NCBI RefSeq assembly: GCF_009914755.1
Contig: NC_060933.1
Source of the DNA: the human T2T-CHM13v2.0 reference genome, Homo sapiens
DNA length: 64,000 nucleotides
Direction: 5' to 3' (one strand)
Shown here: positions 13,301 to 27,733 of the stretch, one piece after another
How the letters are laid out: each line of letters starts with the position of its first letter
How positions within the stretch are numbered: position 1 is the first letter of the stretch
Notes under the pieces: generated by a model
Seen by the model: only the letters and a program-made list of their open reading frames with translations
Told to the model about the DNA's origin: nothing
Database searches by the model: none
Translations under genes and position numbers: made by a program

Positions 13301-14250
13301 TAAGGTCTATGGGTCTGTGGGCTATGTTCTTAACTGTTTTTGTGGTAGTGTCATTCATTCATTTTCATCTTTAGAACTCCCTTAAGGACCTCTTATAAGG
13401 CTTATCTAGTGGTAACAAATTCCCTTAGTGTTTGCCTGTCTGAAAATGATTTTATTTTTTCTTTGCTTATGAAGCTTAGTTTGGCAGGATATGAAATTCT
13501 TGATTGGAATTTCTTTTTTTAAGGACGCTGAAAATAGATTTCCAATCTTTTCTGGTTTATAAGGTTTCTGCTAAAAAGTAATTTTTAACCTGATTGGAGT
13601 CCCTTTGTAAGTGATGTGACTCTTTCTCTAGCTGCCTTTAAGGATTTTTCTTCATGTTGAACTTGAAGCATCTGATGACTGTGTATCATGGGGATGGTCA
13701 TTGTGCATAGTAACTCATAGAAGTCCTCTGAATTGCTTAAATTTGCATGCCAATCTCTCTAGTTATATTGAGGAAATCTTCATGACTATATACTCTAGTA
13801 TGTTTTCCAAGTTGCTTACTCTCTCTTATTTTCTCTCGGGAATGTCAATGGGTTACAGGGTTGGTCTCTTCATATAATCTGATATTTCTCAGATGTTTTG
13901 TTCATTTTTTAAAATTTTAAAAACAATTTTGTCAGACTAGGTTGATTCAGAAGATTGATATTCATGGTCTGAGACTCTTTCCTGAGGTTGTTCTCTTCTG
14001 TTGTTAATTTTTCCAATGGTAATATGAAATTCCTATCATGAATTTTTCAATTCCAGTAGTCCAGCTTAGTTCTTTCTTAAAATGGCTATGTAATTTTTCA
14101 ACTGTTGAATCATTTTCTTGGCTTCTTTGGATTGAGTTTTAACTTTCTCCTGAATCTCATCGAGCTTCCTTGCCACTGATATTCAGAACTGCATATTTCT
14201 CATTTCAGCCATTTCAATTTTGTTAGAAGCCATCTCTGGTGAGCTAGTGC
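10320..14250 (-). mobile_element. L1 (L1PB/older L1PA) ORF2-ORF1 fragment
   Basis: Antisense L1; track ORF 11793-11984 (MDKFLETYNLPKLNQEE...SPGPD) is ORF2 protein. Confidence 0.9.
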
Positions 14251-15487
14251 AATAAGGAGATTAAAACTTGTGTGAAGATGAGGAAAAAGCTTTCCTTAGA
14301 TCTCAGAAGCCACTAAACCAACACTAAACTACAACCTCAGTCAATAGTTTGCTTTTACATTAAAAGTAGGTCAAATCCTAAATTGTTGCACTTTCCCTGA
14401 GTTAAAATTATCTAGATGTCATTTAAGAAAGTGTATAGGTAGTTAACACTAGTCTATCTTGAGGAAAAAAACTGTATATGCAATTAAGTAATTTAGATAG
14501 CAACTTTGTAAATACTGTAATTACCTTTTAACATTCTATTATACCCATTTTAAAAGTGTGTCATAATTTTTATTGATGCCTGAAAGTAGTATTTTCTTTT
14601 ACTTTCACAAAGATACAGATTAGTTCCATCATCATTTTTGAGATTGCATTTACCCTGAAAAAATTATAGGGAATTAAGTGTCAAACGTTGTCTCCTATTT
14701 GAGTTCCTCCTTTTCAGGGAAAATTATATAGAATTAAATACTGTTGGGGTTGAAAGAAACCTTAAAGGTTACCTACTTTAACCCCACCCTTCTGAAGCAT
14801 AAACTAGATGCTTGCTTATAAGAAGTGACAGTTTTAGCAAATATAATTTCAAGAAATAATATATTTAAAGTTGTAGTATAGGTCCTGTGTGTAACAAAGA
14901 AAATAAAGAAATTTCACAAAACTGTTAGTCTGTTAAGAGCAGGAGCATAGCATTCCTCTCACATTTAAAACTACAGAAAGATAGCAGCACAATGATAAAG
15001 ATGATAATAAAAAGAAGAAGCCAGAAAACTTTGGGGTGCAGCTGCCACCCAAGTAAAAGGAAATAATTGGAAAGTAACAAAGCAAATATGTATATGTAGT
15101 TTGGCCCTTTGATTACTTCTGTATATAATGCATTTATTCATTTATTTTTAAAGTGGGGAATGAAGAACAAGGAAGAGGAAAACAGAGCACTGACAATACA
15201 GAGGCCAAGAAATGTAAATAGAGCTTTTTATTCTGGTAAATAATATGAGGGTAGTATTTTTCTTTCTTTGTAGAGAATTAAATTTTATAATTGATCAACA
15301 AATATCATATTCCCATATCTATGTCCTAGAGATATGTAAATGAGAAATAAGTATATTTAGAGGGTGCTAAAATCATACTTATTAAAAGCTGAGAGAGTAA
15401 AAATTTTGTTATTGCTTCCTGTCGTCATTTTATCTGCCTTTTGCCTAGAGTACAGCTGTGCCTCTTGAAGAGTAAACATCACATTCA

Positions 15488-16523
<1,036 letters not shown>

Positions 16524-17790
16524 ATTTTCTGACAACGCTTGTAGTCCCTAGGACAGAATTTATATTTTTTCCTACTCTAATGCTACACTATTCAAATTTC
16601 TATTACCTAATTTTTGGTAAGATAGTTGTTTTTACTTAAGCTTGGTTGCTTCAATCAGTGAGTGGAGTATATGTTGTATAATGAGTTACAGCCCTCAGAG
16701 TACAAAGTATAAATATAGCACAGGGCAGTGAATGGTATAGACATTAAAAAGCTTCTGAAGAAATACCTGAAATTTGATAATAAAATGCTGCTTTCCATAC
16801 TAGTAACAGAATGGGAACTAATGAGAATTTAATTCCACTCATTTTCTGGTACCAAACATTTACTTGAGCCATGCCTCTAATTAGAAGTCTCATCTTAACA
16901 TGTCAGGAAATATTGAAGTTTTAGATATGTTTGCTAGAGTCCAGTGTATTTATTATGCAATCTCTTCTATATCAGTTCCACACTTACAGAAGTATAACGA
17001 TCCAAGGTAGCTGGACATAAAACACACAAGAAAAATTAAGTATTAAGTTCTTATATCTTTTTTCATTCTTCAATCATTTCCAAACCTTGACTCACACAGG
17101 TGTCTACAACTTGAGCCTGTTTCTTTTTTCAGTATAATCTGATTCAAATTTGATTGTGTTGGCTTCTTTCTACTATATTAGCAAACCTTTAGCCCCTTTA
17201 AATAAATATTAATAATATCATCCATATAATAAGGTTGTTGCAAGATTTAAATGATATTTATTTAAAAGTTTATCCAAGTCCCCCCCGGAAGTTACAATCC
17301 AATAATGGTAAGCTATTTGTATGCTTACTATCGATATTGATACCACTACAGTTGCTACAGATGCTGCTGCTGCTGTTACTATTGCTATCAGTAATTGATA
17401 AACTAGAAAATAGGAGCAATCTTTGTATCTTGGCTTGGTATACAATGTTGCAATTTTTTTAATTTTTTGCTTCTTTATTCTCTAAGCCTTCCTCCTTGTA
17501 TCTTTATTCTCCTCTTTTTTTTCAAAACCAGTTACTTATTAATTCTAGTAAAGTACCATTGTCCTCGCTCTTTATTCAGTTTACTTGCCTGCTTTACTCT
17601 GAAGCTAAATTTTCGTAAACTCTTGGAAAATGGCTAGAGATTAAGAGGAGGTAAGGATCTGCCATAGAAGAAAACAGCTAAACTGGTAGCACTTATGAAG
17701 GAAAACCTATAAAGATAAAAATATAAAGACTCAACTAAGAAAATGAAAGCATTGAAATAATAATTGTTATAATAATTATTATTATTAATA

Positions 17791-17949
17791 TTTTGAGACA
17801 ATGTCATGCTCCACTGCCCAGGCTCAGGTGCAGTGGTATAATCAGAGCTCACTGCAGTGAGCTATTATCAAACTCCTGGGCTCAAGCCATCCTCCCACCT
17901 TGGCCTCCCAAAGGGCTGGGATTAAAGGTGTGAGCCATCATACCCAGTC
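17791..17949 (-). mobile_element. Monomeric or truncated old Alu (FAM/FRAM/AluJ-like) with (TAA)n-type tail
   Basis: ttttgagaca...ctcctgggctcaagccatcctcccaccttggcctcccaaag. Confidence 0.8.
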
Positions 17950-18853
17950 TTGATTGTCAGGTTATTAGACAGGTACTTGATGTAAATACAATTGATGAAT
18001 CCATTTAAAATTAGCTTCATTCATTAGACAAAAGCAATATATCAATTTAATTTATTTAAATAGACCAATTAGGTAAACAAGGCACCTCTAGAATTAAAGA
18101 GAAATAAACACAAATGGACCACCTTGTAAATGATGTATAACCACAAACTGAGAAGATATTTTAAAAATAAGTACAATTAATATGAGATAAATGAGCTAAC
18201 AAATGTCAGACTCACAATAAAAAAGATCATTTTTAACCAAATCCTGTAGTGATACAATGGTGTAATGTGTTTTCTTCTTTATTATTAAGTGCAATTTTTA
18301 TATTATTTTTTGATAATAACTAAACACTGTTTACATAAGACAAAGATAAAACAAAGCACTCTAATTTATTAGAAAACTTTGATATTACCAGGTTTTTGTT
18401 AATGAACACCCATGAGAACCATGTCCAGGTCTTCTCAGGATGAAGAATAGAATTTTAAAGTGTTAATTGTCATTACAGAGGCTAAGAGAATGGTATAGGA
18501 TTTCATTCACAGCAAGAAAAATTAGAGTAAAGCAGAAAATTGTAATTATTATCCACCATAACCCCAAGTGAACATACAAACAATGAGCAGGCTGAACTCA
18601 ATTAATGTTTATCTTTTTGGAATCTCTTTAATAGATAATCCTGGGTTTTTTAAATCACAATAATGCTTTTAATTCAGTTTGTTGTCATTGATAAAAAGCA
18701 TGTGAGTTTATCAAAGAGATATAAGAATTTTAAATATTCTGATTACCTCCAAAACCAAACAGATGAAAATACTTTTATATAATACTGTGTTATTCATATT
18801 GATAAAAGTAAGCTGGAATGAATTGTGATACATTAAAGATTTACTCTGTAGTG

Positions 18854-19156
<303 letters not shown>

Positions 19157-19176
19157 GATTTGCTCAGGTTATTCAC

Positions 19177-19250
19177 AATATGTTTATAAATCAAAAGATG
19201 TTACAATGATTATCCAAAATATGTTTATAAATCAAAAGATGTTACTATGA
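19177..19250. repeat. 41-bp-period tandem duplication
   Basis: aatatgtttataaatcaaaagatgttac at 19177 and 19218. Confidence 0.9.
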
Positions 19251-19499
19251 CAATTCATTTTTCACTTTGGGATTCTCAAGTATTTTAATTCACTAATGCT
19301 TCTTTGTAAGTATTTACTGGGTGCATTTATAAGAGCATATGCAGCTAAATGTTTCTAAACACATAAAAACACAATTTTGGCTCCATTTTAAATATTGTTT
19401 GTTAAAATTCTAATTTTTACATCTAATTTATAAGGAATTGGTGCCATTGTTGGTCATAACATTTGAAACTTTAATATTTTGAGAATCATTTTTCAAATA

Positions 19500-22400
19500 A
19501 AGATTTTAATATTTAATTTTTATGGAAATATAATAGATGTGTATATTTATGGAGTATATGACATATTTTGACATAGTCATAAATATGTAATAAACATATC
19601 AGTGTAAATGGGGTGTCTATCCTATCTCCTCAACCATTTAACATTTCTTTGTGTACACACATTCCAATTATACTCTTAACTATTTTTAAATATACAATAA
19701 ATTATTTTTTACTATAGTCATCCTGTTGTACTGTTAAATATTAAATCTTATTAATTCAATCCAACTATACTTTTGTACCCATTCACCATGCCCATTTCTC
19801 CTTACCTACCCACTACCTTTCCTAGTCTCCTGTAACCATCATTCCACTCTCAAACTCCATTAGTTCAATTGTTTCAAATTTTAGCTTACACAACTGTGTG
19901 ATGACATGTGAAGTTGGTGTTTCTGTGCCTGGCTTATTTTACTTAACATAATGTCCTAACATGCCATTCATGTAGTTGCAAATGACAGGATCTCATTCTT
20001 TTTCCTGGCTAAATAGTACTCCATTGTGTATATGTACAGCATTTCTTTACCTATTCTGCTATTGGTAGACATTTAGGTTGCTTTCAATTCTTTCCTCCCA
20101 TTTCCAAAGGCAGAGGAACCTCATCCTGTGGCCACCACCACAGGCTATTGTGAATAGTGCTACAATAAACACAGGAGTTCAGTTATCTCTTTGATACACT
20201 GATTTCCTTTACTTGGGTATGTACCTAGCAATGGGACTGCTGGATCACATGGTAGTTCTATTTTTAGTTTTTTTGAGGAACTTCCATACTGTTCTCCATT
20301 GTGGCTGTACTAATTTACATTTGCACTGACAGTGTATGAGGCCTCCCACTTCTCCACATCCTCACTGGCATTTTTTATTGCCTGTCTTTTGGATAGAACT
20401 CATTTTAACTATGGTGAGATGACATCTTATTGTAGTTTTGATTTGCATTTATCTGATAATTAACAATGTTAAACACCTTTTCATATACTTGTTTCTCATT
20501 TGCATGTATTCTTTCAGAAATACCTATTTGGATGTTTTGCCCATTAAACTTTTTGTTGTTTCTATGTATATCTTATTATACTGTCTAGGTCTTCAAAACT
20601 CGTTTTAGTTATTATTTTGATATGTTAAACATTTAGTCTTTCTACTCAAGATATGAGTAGTTTACCCACCACAATTACTGTGTATAACATTCTGCGTTTG
20701 TCTGTGTACTTAATATTACCAGTGAGTTTTGTACCTTTAGAGGATGTCTTATTACTCATTAATGTCCTTTTCTTTCAAATGAACTCTCTTCAGCATTTCT
20801 TATAGGACAGAGTGAGTGTTGATGAAATCTCTCACCTTTTGCTTTCTAGGAAAGTCTATTTCTATCTCTCCTTCATGTTTGAAAGATATTTTCCATGGAT
20901 ATACTATTCTGGGATAAAAGCTATTTCCCCCTGCTTTAACACTTTAAATAAGTAATGCTACTCTATCCTGACCTATAATTTTTCCAGTGAAAAGCCTGCT
21001 GCCAGATGTATCAGAGCTCCTTTGTAGGTTACTTACTTTGTTTCTCTTGGAACTTTCATAAATCTTTCTATATCCTTGATATTTGGGAGTCTGATTATTT
21101 ACTTTTTTGTGGTAGACTTATTTGGGTTAAATCTGCTTGATGTTTTAAAATTGCCTTGTACTTGAATAATAATATTTTTCTCTAGGTTTAGGAAGTTATC
21201 TGTTATCCCTTTGAATAAACTTTCTACTCTAATCTGTCTACCTCCTCTTTAAAGCCGATAGCTTTTATATTTGCCCTTTTGAGGTTATTTTCTAGATCCT
21301 GTGGGTGCGTTTCATTTCTTTTTATTTTTTTCTTGTCTCATCTGACTGTATATTTTCAAATAGTCTATCTTCAAGCTCACAAATTCGTTATGTGGCTTGA
21401 TCTATTCTGCTATTAAAGCACTCTAATGCATTCTTTAGTATGCCAATTGCATTTTTCATCTCCAGAATTTCTTGCTTGATTTTTTAAAATTATTTCGATC
21501 TCTTTGTCAAATATGTCTAATAGAATTCAGAATCCCTTTCCTGTGTTATTTTAATTTTTTTTTAGTTTTCTAGAAATAGTTGTTTTGAATTGTCTGTCTA
21601 AAAACTCACATATCTCTGTTTTTCCAGGATTAGTCCCTGCTGCCTTATTTAGTTCATTTGGTGAGGTCATGTTTTCCTGAATGGGGTTGATATTCGTAGA
21701 CGTTCATCTGTGTCTGGGCATTGAAGAGTTAGGTATTTATTGTAGCCTTCACTCTCTGTGCTTGTTTTGGACCTGTCCTGCTTGGAAAGGCTTTCCAGAT
21801 ATTCTAAAGAACTTGAATATTGGGAACTAAAGTGTATCTGCTTCAGGGATCACCCCAAGCTCAGTAACGCTCTGGTTCTTGCAGACTCTGAGAGTACTGC
21901 CTAGATGGTCTTGGACAAGTTACGGGAGAAATCTCTGGATTATCAGGCAAGACTCTTGTTCTTTTCCCTTCCTTTCACCTAAAAATCTCTTGATGTTTGT
22001 GCAGAAATTATAAACGAGAGATTACACTTTTGATTGTCACTAGCTTTTCCCCTTGATAGATTCTCCCAGGTCTTTTGTGAAACCACCAGGGTGATACCTC
22101 TAAAAGTCTGCAAAGGTCAAAGCATTACTGAGCTTGGAGTGCCCCCTAATGCAGATAAAACTACAGTGACCAAAGACTTAGACCACAACTCTCAATTTCC
22201 TTTGAATAGTTGGGAAACTTCCCCAAGAAGGTTGATATTTGGTTTTAGTATTATCATCCTAATTATCCCTTTCATTTTTGAAGGATGAGTACAAACAAGC
22301 ACAGAGTGTGAAGATTACAATAAATACCCAACTCTTCAATACCCAGGCATGAGGAACATCCACAATCTTCAAGACTATCCAAGAAAACAGAGTCTCTCTC

Positions 22401-23930
22401 TCTCCATGTTGAGGATACTGGAGCTGGGGGCAATTTGACACCCCTGTGGCCACCACCACTGGGACTGTGCTAGGTCAGACCAGAAGCCAGCATAGCACTG
22501 GGTTTCACTCAAGGCCTCGTGTGACCACTGCCTGGCTACCACTGATGTTTACTCAAGAACCAAGGGCTCTTTAGTCAGCAAATGGCTTACCCAGACAGGC
22601 TGTGTCTTTCCCTTCAGGGCAGCGAGTGCCCCACTGGCTCAGGCTGGGATGAGAAATGCTATAGGGGAGCCAGGGCCTGGAATCAGAAACGTTAAGATTT
22701 ATCTGTGGCTCTAGTCTACCATGGCTGAGCTAGCACTCAGGCTGCAAGACAAAATCTTTCCCACTCTTCTCTCTCTTTTCCTGGAGCAGAAAGATTTCTC
22801 ATCATGGTAACCACTACCCCAGGCCTGTGCTGAGTACTGCCTGGCTAACATCAATGTTAACTCAAGGCCCAAGGGCTCTTCGGTCAGCTTACGAAGAATG
22901 CTACCAGGCCCCAGTCTCTCCCTTCAGCGTAATGGGCTCTCCTCTGATTCAGGTTGGTCCAGAAGTGCTGTCCAAGCACCAAGTCCTGGAATTGGGTACC
23001 TCAGGATCTCTCTTGGTATTATATCCCTCTGTGGCTGAGCTGGCACCCAAGTTGCAAGATTTGGAGAAGAGTAAAGATCTCCCTTTATTCTTTTCTGTCA
23101 TTTTCTCAAACAGGAGCCTCTCCTTGCGGCCACCATGGGGTCCAATGGTACTTTATTGAGAAGGTGATGTATCCTGCCAGGACTGCATTAGTCCCTTTGA
23201 GGCCATGCAGTCCCTTCTGGCCCAGAGTGTTTCCAGATACGTCATCCAGGAACTAAGGCCTGGAATGCGGACCATGGGAATTTGCCTGGTGCCCTATTCC
23301 ACTGTGGCTGAGCTAACATCCAAGATGCAAGACAAAGTCTTTTTACTCTTCCTTCTCCTCTGGAAGGAATCTTTTCCAGAACTGGGATCTGCACTTCCAG
23401 GAGTTAGGGGAGGGGTGACATGAGCATGCCTTTGCCCATCCAGCTGGTGCCTCACTGGGTTACGTGCACCCCAAGGCCACTGGCTTCAGGCCCAGTATAA
23501 CACCAGGACTTGCTCAGGAATTGTAGACCTTGCAGCCTAGACTGTCTTCCAAGTTTATTTGGGACCCCAAAAAAAACTTTAGCTAATGGTGACAGGGCTT
23601 GTCAGGACTCAGGCTCCAATCTCAGGGATGGGCAATTCACTTCTGCCTAGAGTTGGTCTCAGTGCTCCCTCTGTGGGTGCCAGCTGGATTCTGCCTCATG
23701 TTGCTTTTCATTGTGACAGGGCAGGATTGTGTTCCAATGCAAAGTCCCACAGTCACTGCCCTCTCCCTCCTCTAAGCATATAGACTATTTCTCCATGACA
23801 TGTGGCTGCTGCTGGGGAATGAGGAAGCGTTGGTGTCAACAATTAAAGACTGTCTTTTCTACCTTCTTCAGGGCCTCTCTCCTTAACATAATGATAAAAC
23901 CAGATACTACGATCTCTCACCTGATTTTAA
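19500..23930 (-). mobile_element. L1MA (about MA1-3) with both ends but most of ORF2 deleted; carries templated insertions
   Basis: L1MA-type 3'UTR near 19500; jump at ~20545 from ORF2 3' end to inter-ORF/ORF1; modular 5'UTR 22390-23930. Confidence 0.85.
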
Positions 23931-23959
23931 ACGAGTTCTGTCCCCTAAAAGAGTCATTG

Positions 23960-24228
23960 TAATTGTTTTACCTTCAAGAAGTCCTCATTTTTAAGGGCTT
24001 TCAACTTATTAAGTTAGGCTCACCCAAGATAATTTCCATTTTAATTAACTCAAAACCAACTGATTTGTGCCCTTAATTACATCCGCAAAATTACTTCACT
24101 TTGATATGTTCTATTGGCTAGCAGTGAGTCACAGATTTTGCCCCCACTCAAGAGGGGGTTAATATAAAGTGTATGACCAGTAACTGGTGGAGATTATCCT
24201 CGTGTCCACTTACACTTTGTCTGCCACA
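23960..24228. mobile_element. Old MaLR LTR fragment (MLT1-like)
   Basis: aggctcacccaagataat, taactcaaa..caactgatt, cttaattacatccgcaaaa, end ...tctgccaca. Confidence 0.55.
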
Positions 24229-25054
24229 AACCTAATACATATCTAGACAAATTCACCAATATCAAAAATGAGGGAATATATTTCTAAAGAGTCCACGCAT
24301 CAAAGAAAAAATATAAGGAAAACTGAAGAAACATTTTGAATGAAATACTAATAAAGACACAACATATTAAAATTTGTGAAACACCCTTAAAGTAGTGTTC
24401 CACAATAATTTATGATATAAATTATTCAAAAATTTATATTAAAACATTTTTAAATATAAAAAACTTATATTAAAAAAGGCTCCAAAAGCAATTTTTGCAG
24501 TCATCATGGAAACCTAAATAGATAAAACAATGAAAAAAAGAAGGTGGAAATTAAACCCAAAATAAACAAATGCAAAAATTTCACAAGTTTAAATGTTTTA
24601 AAGTGCTCACAAGACTCTTAGAAGCATATTTATGTAAAGCTTTAACAAAAAAGCAAAAGATATGCTATAGCAAAAGAGAGAGAATGCAAGCAAGCATTGG
24701 GGAGTCTTAAGAGTCATCCAGGTGTAAACTTAGATGGAATCCCCAATATCTATACAATAAATCTTGGCTTCAGAAGAGCTCAAAGCAGAAGTATCTTTTC
24801 ATGTTGTTTTGTTTGTTTGTTTGTTTGTTTGTTTTTAAAGCCCTTATGGTCACTTCAGGAAGCCAAGTTCTCAAACTGGTTATGCTAGGTGAAAACCAAC
24901 AATACACAAAGTAGCTCTGGGTGTGTCACTTTCATGGTATTTGTAGAAAGAGCTGGGATTCACATTAATTATTTTTGTACAAATAAATGATTTGGGAGAA
25001 TTTGATAGGGGACAAATTTCTGTATCTAAGTTAATTGTTCTACAATAGTATGAT

Positions 25055-25280
25055 TGTGCCTGCCAGGCAATATTTGACAATGTTTTGAGATTCTGTTAGT
25101 TGTCACAAGAGAGAAGCAAGGTACTACCTGTCGCAGGAAGGAGGGGGGGTTGCAAATGTATTATGTTTAATATCATGCTGGTGCCAATCAGTATGCTAAA
25201 TATAATATATTTGCAAACCAGCCCAGCATCAAAAAGAAGTATCTGACCCAAAAACTAAAACTGACCATGTTGATAAACTG
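25055..25280 (+). mobile_element. MER20 (hAT) remnant with an internal inverted duplication
   Basis: atttgacaatgttttgaga..ttagttgtcacaa and aaagaagtatctgacccaaaa...gttgataaac resemble the MER20 consensus. Confidence 0.6.
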
Positions 25281-26430
25281 ATTGAAGTTAAAACATGTCA
25301 ACAAAACAAAACAAACATTATAACCAGAATCTAGAGTTCAGAACAGTGGAGGCTTAAGGTAGATATATATAGTTTTAGTAAAAATTTCTGGGAAAGTTTA
25401 TATTTTCAAAGACTGTGAAATTGGTGAGTTATTAGAGTGGCTACCAGATATTTCCATGCAAGATCAAAGTAAATATAATATTACACTAAAATGATGTCTG
25501 TGATATAATGAAAGGTTCGACTTGGAAAAAAGACTACAGAGAAAGAAGGAGAGAACAGAGGCTGGAGAGATGGGTGTGAATAGAGAAAACAATTGGCAAG
25601 ATAGTGAAGGGGAAGGTTCACCTTCCTTTTGTGTCCTATGTCTAATTCTCAAGAACACTTTGTGGTTGTTTCAAAATCCTGCCTTGTGGGACCAGAACTC
25701 TGTTCTGCAGCAAGCTTTCTCAGTGCCTCATTGCCTAAGGCAACACTTCACTGCGGATTATGGAAAACTGTCTCTTTAGTCTGAGGATCAGTAGTGCCCA
25801 TGCCTGAGCACAAGCTCAACTGCATAGAGCTTTGATTCTTTCTACTTCTTCTTGTGTATAGTAGATCACCTCTTTCAGTTTATCCATTACTAACATATGA
25901 AACAAATATTTGTGAAATATCTGTACAGCAGTCAAGACCCCTCGGCCTTGTTCCACTTCCCACTTTTTATAAATTCATTATGTTGGCCAAGCCGACTCAT
26001 ATTTTATTGGTTCAAATCCAATCATATAGCCCCTCTTAAATGCAGAAAGGAATATAAATGTAATCTAGCTATAATCCCATAAGGAAGGGGAAGGATAATT
26101 GGTAACCTTCTAGTAAACAAACTGATAACACCTTTACTGAGAACCAAATCTATCATGAGGGAAAGCTATTGACAATCAAAAGTGTAATCTCTCATTTATA
26201 ATTTCTGCACAAACATCAAGAGATTTGGTTTTAGTATTATCATTTAATTATCCCTTTCTCTTTTGAATTTACACCTTTCCCTTTTGAATTTACAAGTTAA
26301 ATTTTATTCCTTCTTGTTGAAATAAAAAAAATCTACTGTATATAAAATATATATAAAAATATAGAAAAAGGGAAAAATTCTACTATATATAATACATATA
26401 AAATATACATATAAAACGTAGTCTTTGCTA

Positions 26431-26434
<4 letters not shown>

Positions 26435-26462
<28 letters not shown>
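26435..26462. repeat. (TA)n microsatellite
   Basis: Direct reading. Confidence 0.95.
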
Positions 26463-26466
<4 letters not shown>

Positions 26467-27501
26467 AATTTTTTAGAAAACTATTGCTGTTTCTTAAGCT
26501 AAGATTTGGGCATTTGATCACATGTTCAAAGAGAAGCAGGAATCTTGTATTTATTTTGTTAGTCCTTTTATATTTAGCATTAATATAACTTTATAGCCAT
26601 CCTGGAGATACACAGCATTTACCATATTTTTAATGTAATTAAATAAAAGCTTAGAAAGTTAAAAAATCTGACTGCAGTTTTGCAGCACAGTGCCTCGTAG
26701 GCAAGAGAGGTATTTGTTGAATGAATGAGTAAATATGTCAGAGCCGAAGTCAGAGCCTAAAGCAAGACCTGACTCCATGATTCATGCTCTTCAACTATAA
26801 CTCACAGCTGACATTTTATAAATATTCTGAAAAAATGGCTGTATTCCCATAAAGCCAACAACTATCAGTAGTAATGTTCTTTCCTTTTATTTCCAGAATC
26901 TTCATGTTGGTATTTTTCCCCCACAATATTTCTGCTTCAAATACAGTACAGAGAATTTTTCATGTATAAATAAGCCATGATTTTCACTTCAAAACGGCTT
27001 CTATAATTCTCAAGAATGTTTGACAACTGACCGTACCTGTGCATATTTAGGATAATTTTAAAAGTGTATATCAAACTCAGCTTTTTGAAACAATTCTTCA
27101 TGAATAAGGAAAATATTTGAAAGCTACTGTCTTATCTAAGAAGTATTTGAATTATCATTTACATCTTGAATTTGATTTGTGCATAATGTAGTCATTTAAG
27201 TATAGTATCAATCACATCTAACAATTGCAAATATTTGTAGAAATGTTTGCTTTACTTTCTTCACATATTCATCTTTAGTTGAAAGTTCATTTATTGAATT
27301 AGTGATTTTAAAATCACCTTGACATTTGGAGAGATTAGAAACTGCAAGAGATATTTTGTGCAAGTGAATACAGTAAAAGTTTTGTGAGGTGGTCAATATA
27401 TCCATATGTCATCTCACCTTTCTTGGCTGCGCTTGAAGGTAGAATCCCAGAACCAGAGAGGCTCTCTTGTATGCTCAATGGAATCTGGGAATCTTTTGGA
27501 A

Positions 27502-27689
27502 AAGACTATATATATATTTATATATATATATATATATATAAGACTATATATATATTTATATATATATAAGACTATATATATATTTATATATGTCTATATA
27601 TAAGACTATATATATAAGACTATATATATATGACTATATATATGACTATATATATGACTATATATATATGACTATATATATATATATGA

Positions 27690-27730
<41 letters not shown>
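27502..27730. repeat. Compound (TA)n satellite punctuated by GAC units
   Basis: Repeated [a/t]GAC(TA)n units and ttta interruptions, ending in a pure TA run. Confidence 0.95.
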
Positions 27731-27733
<3 letters not shown>

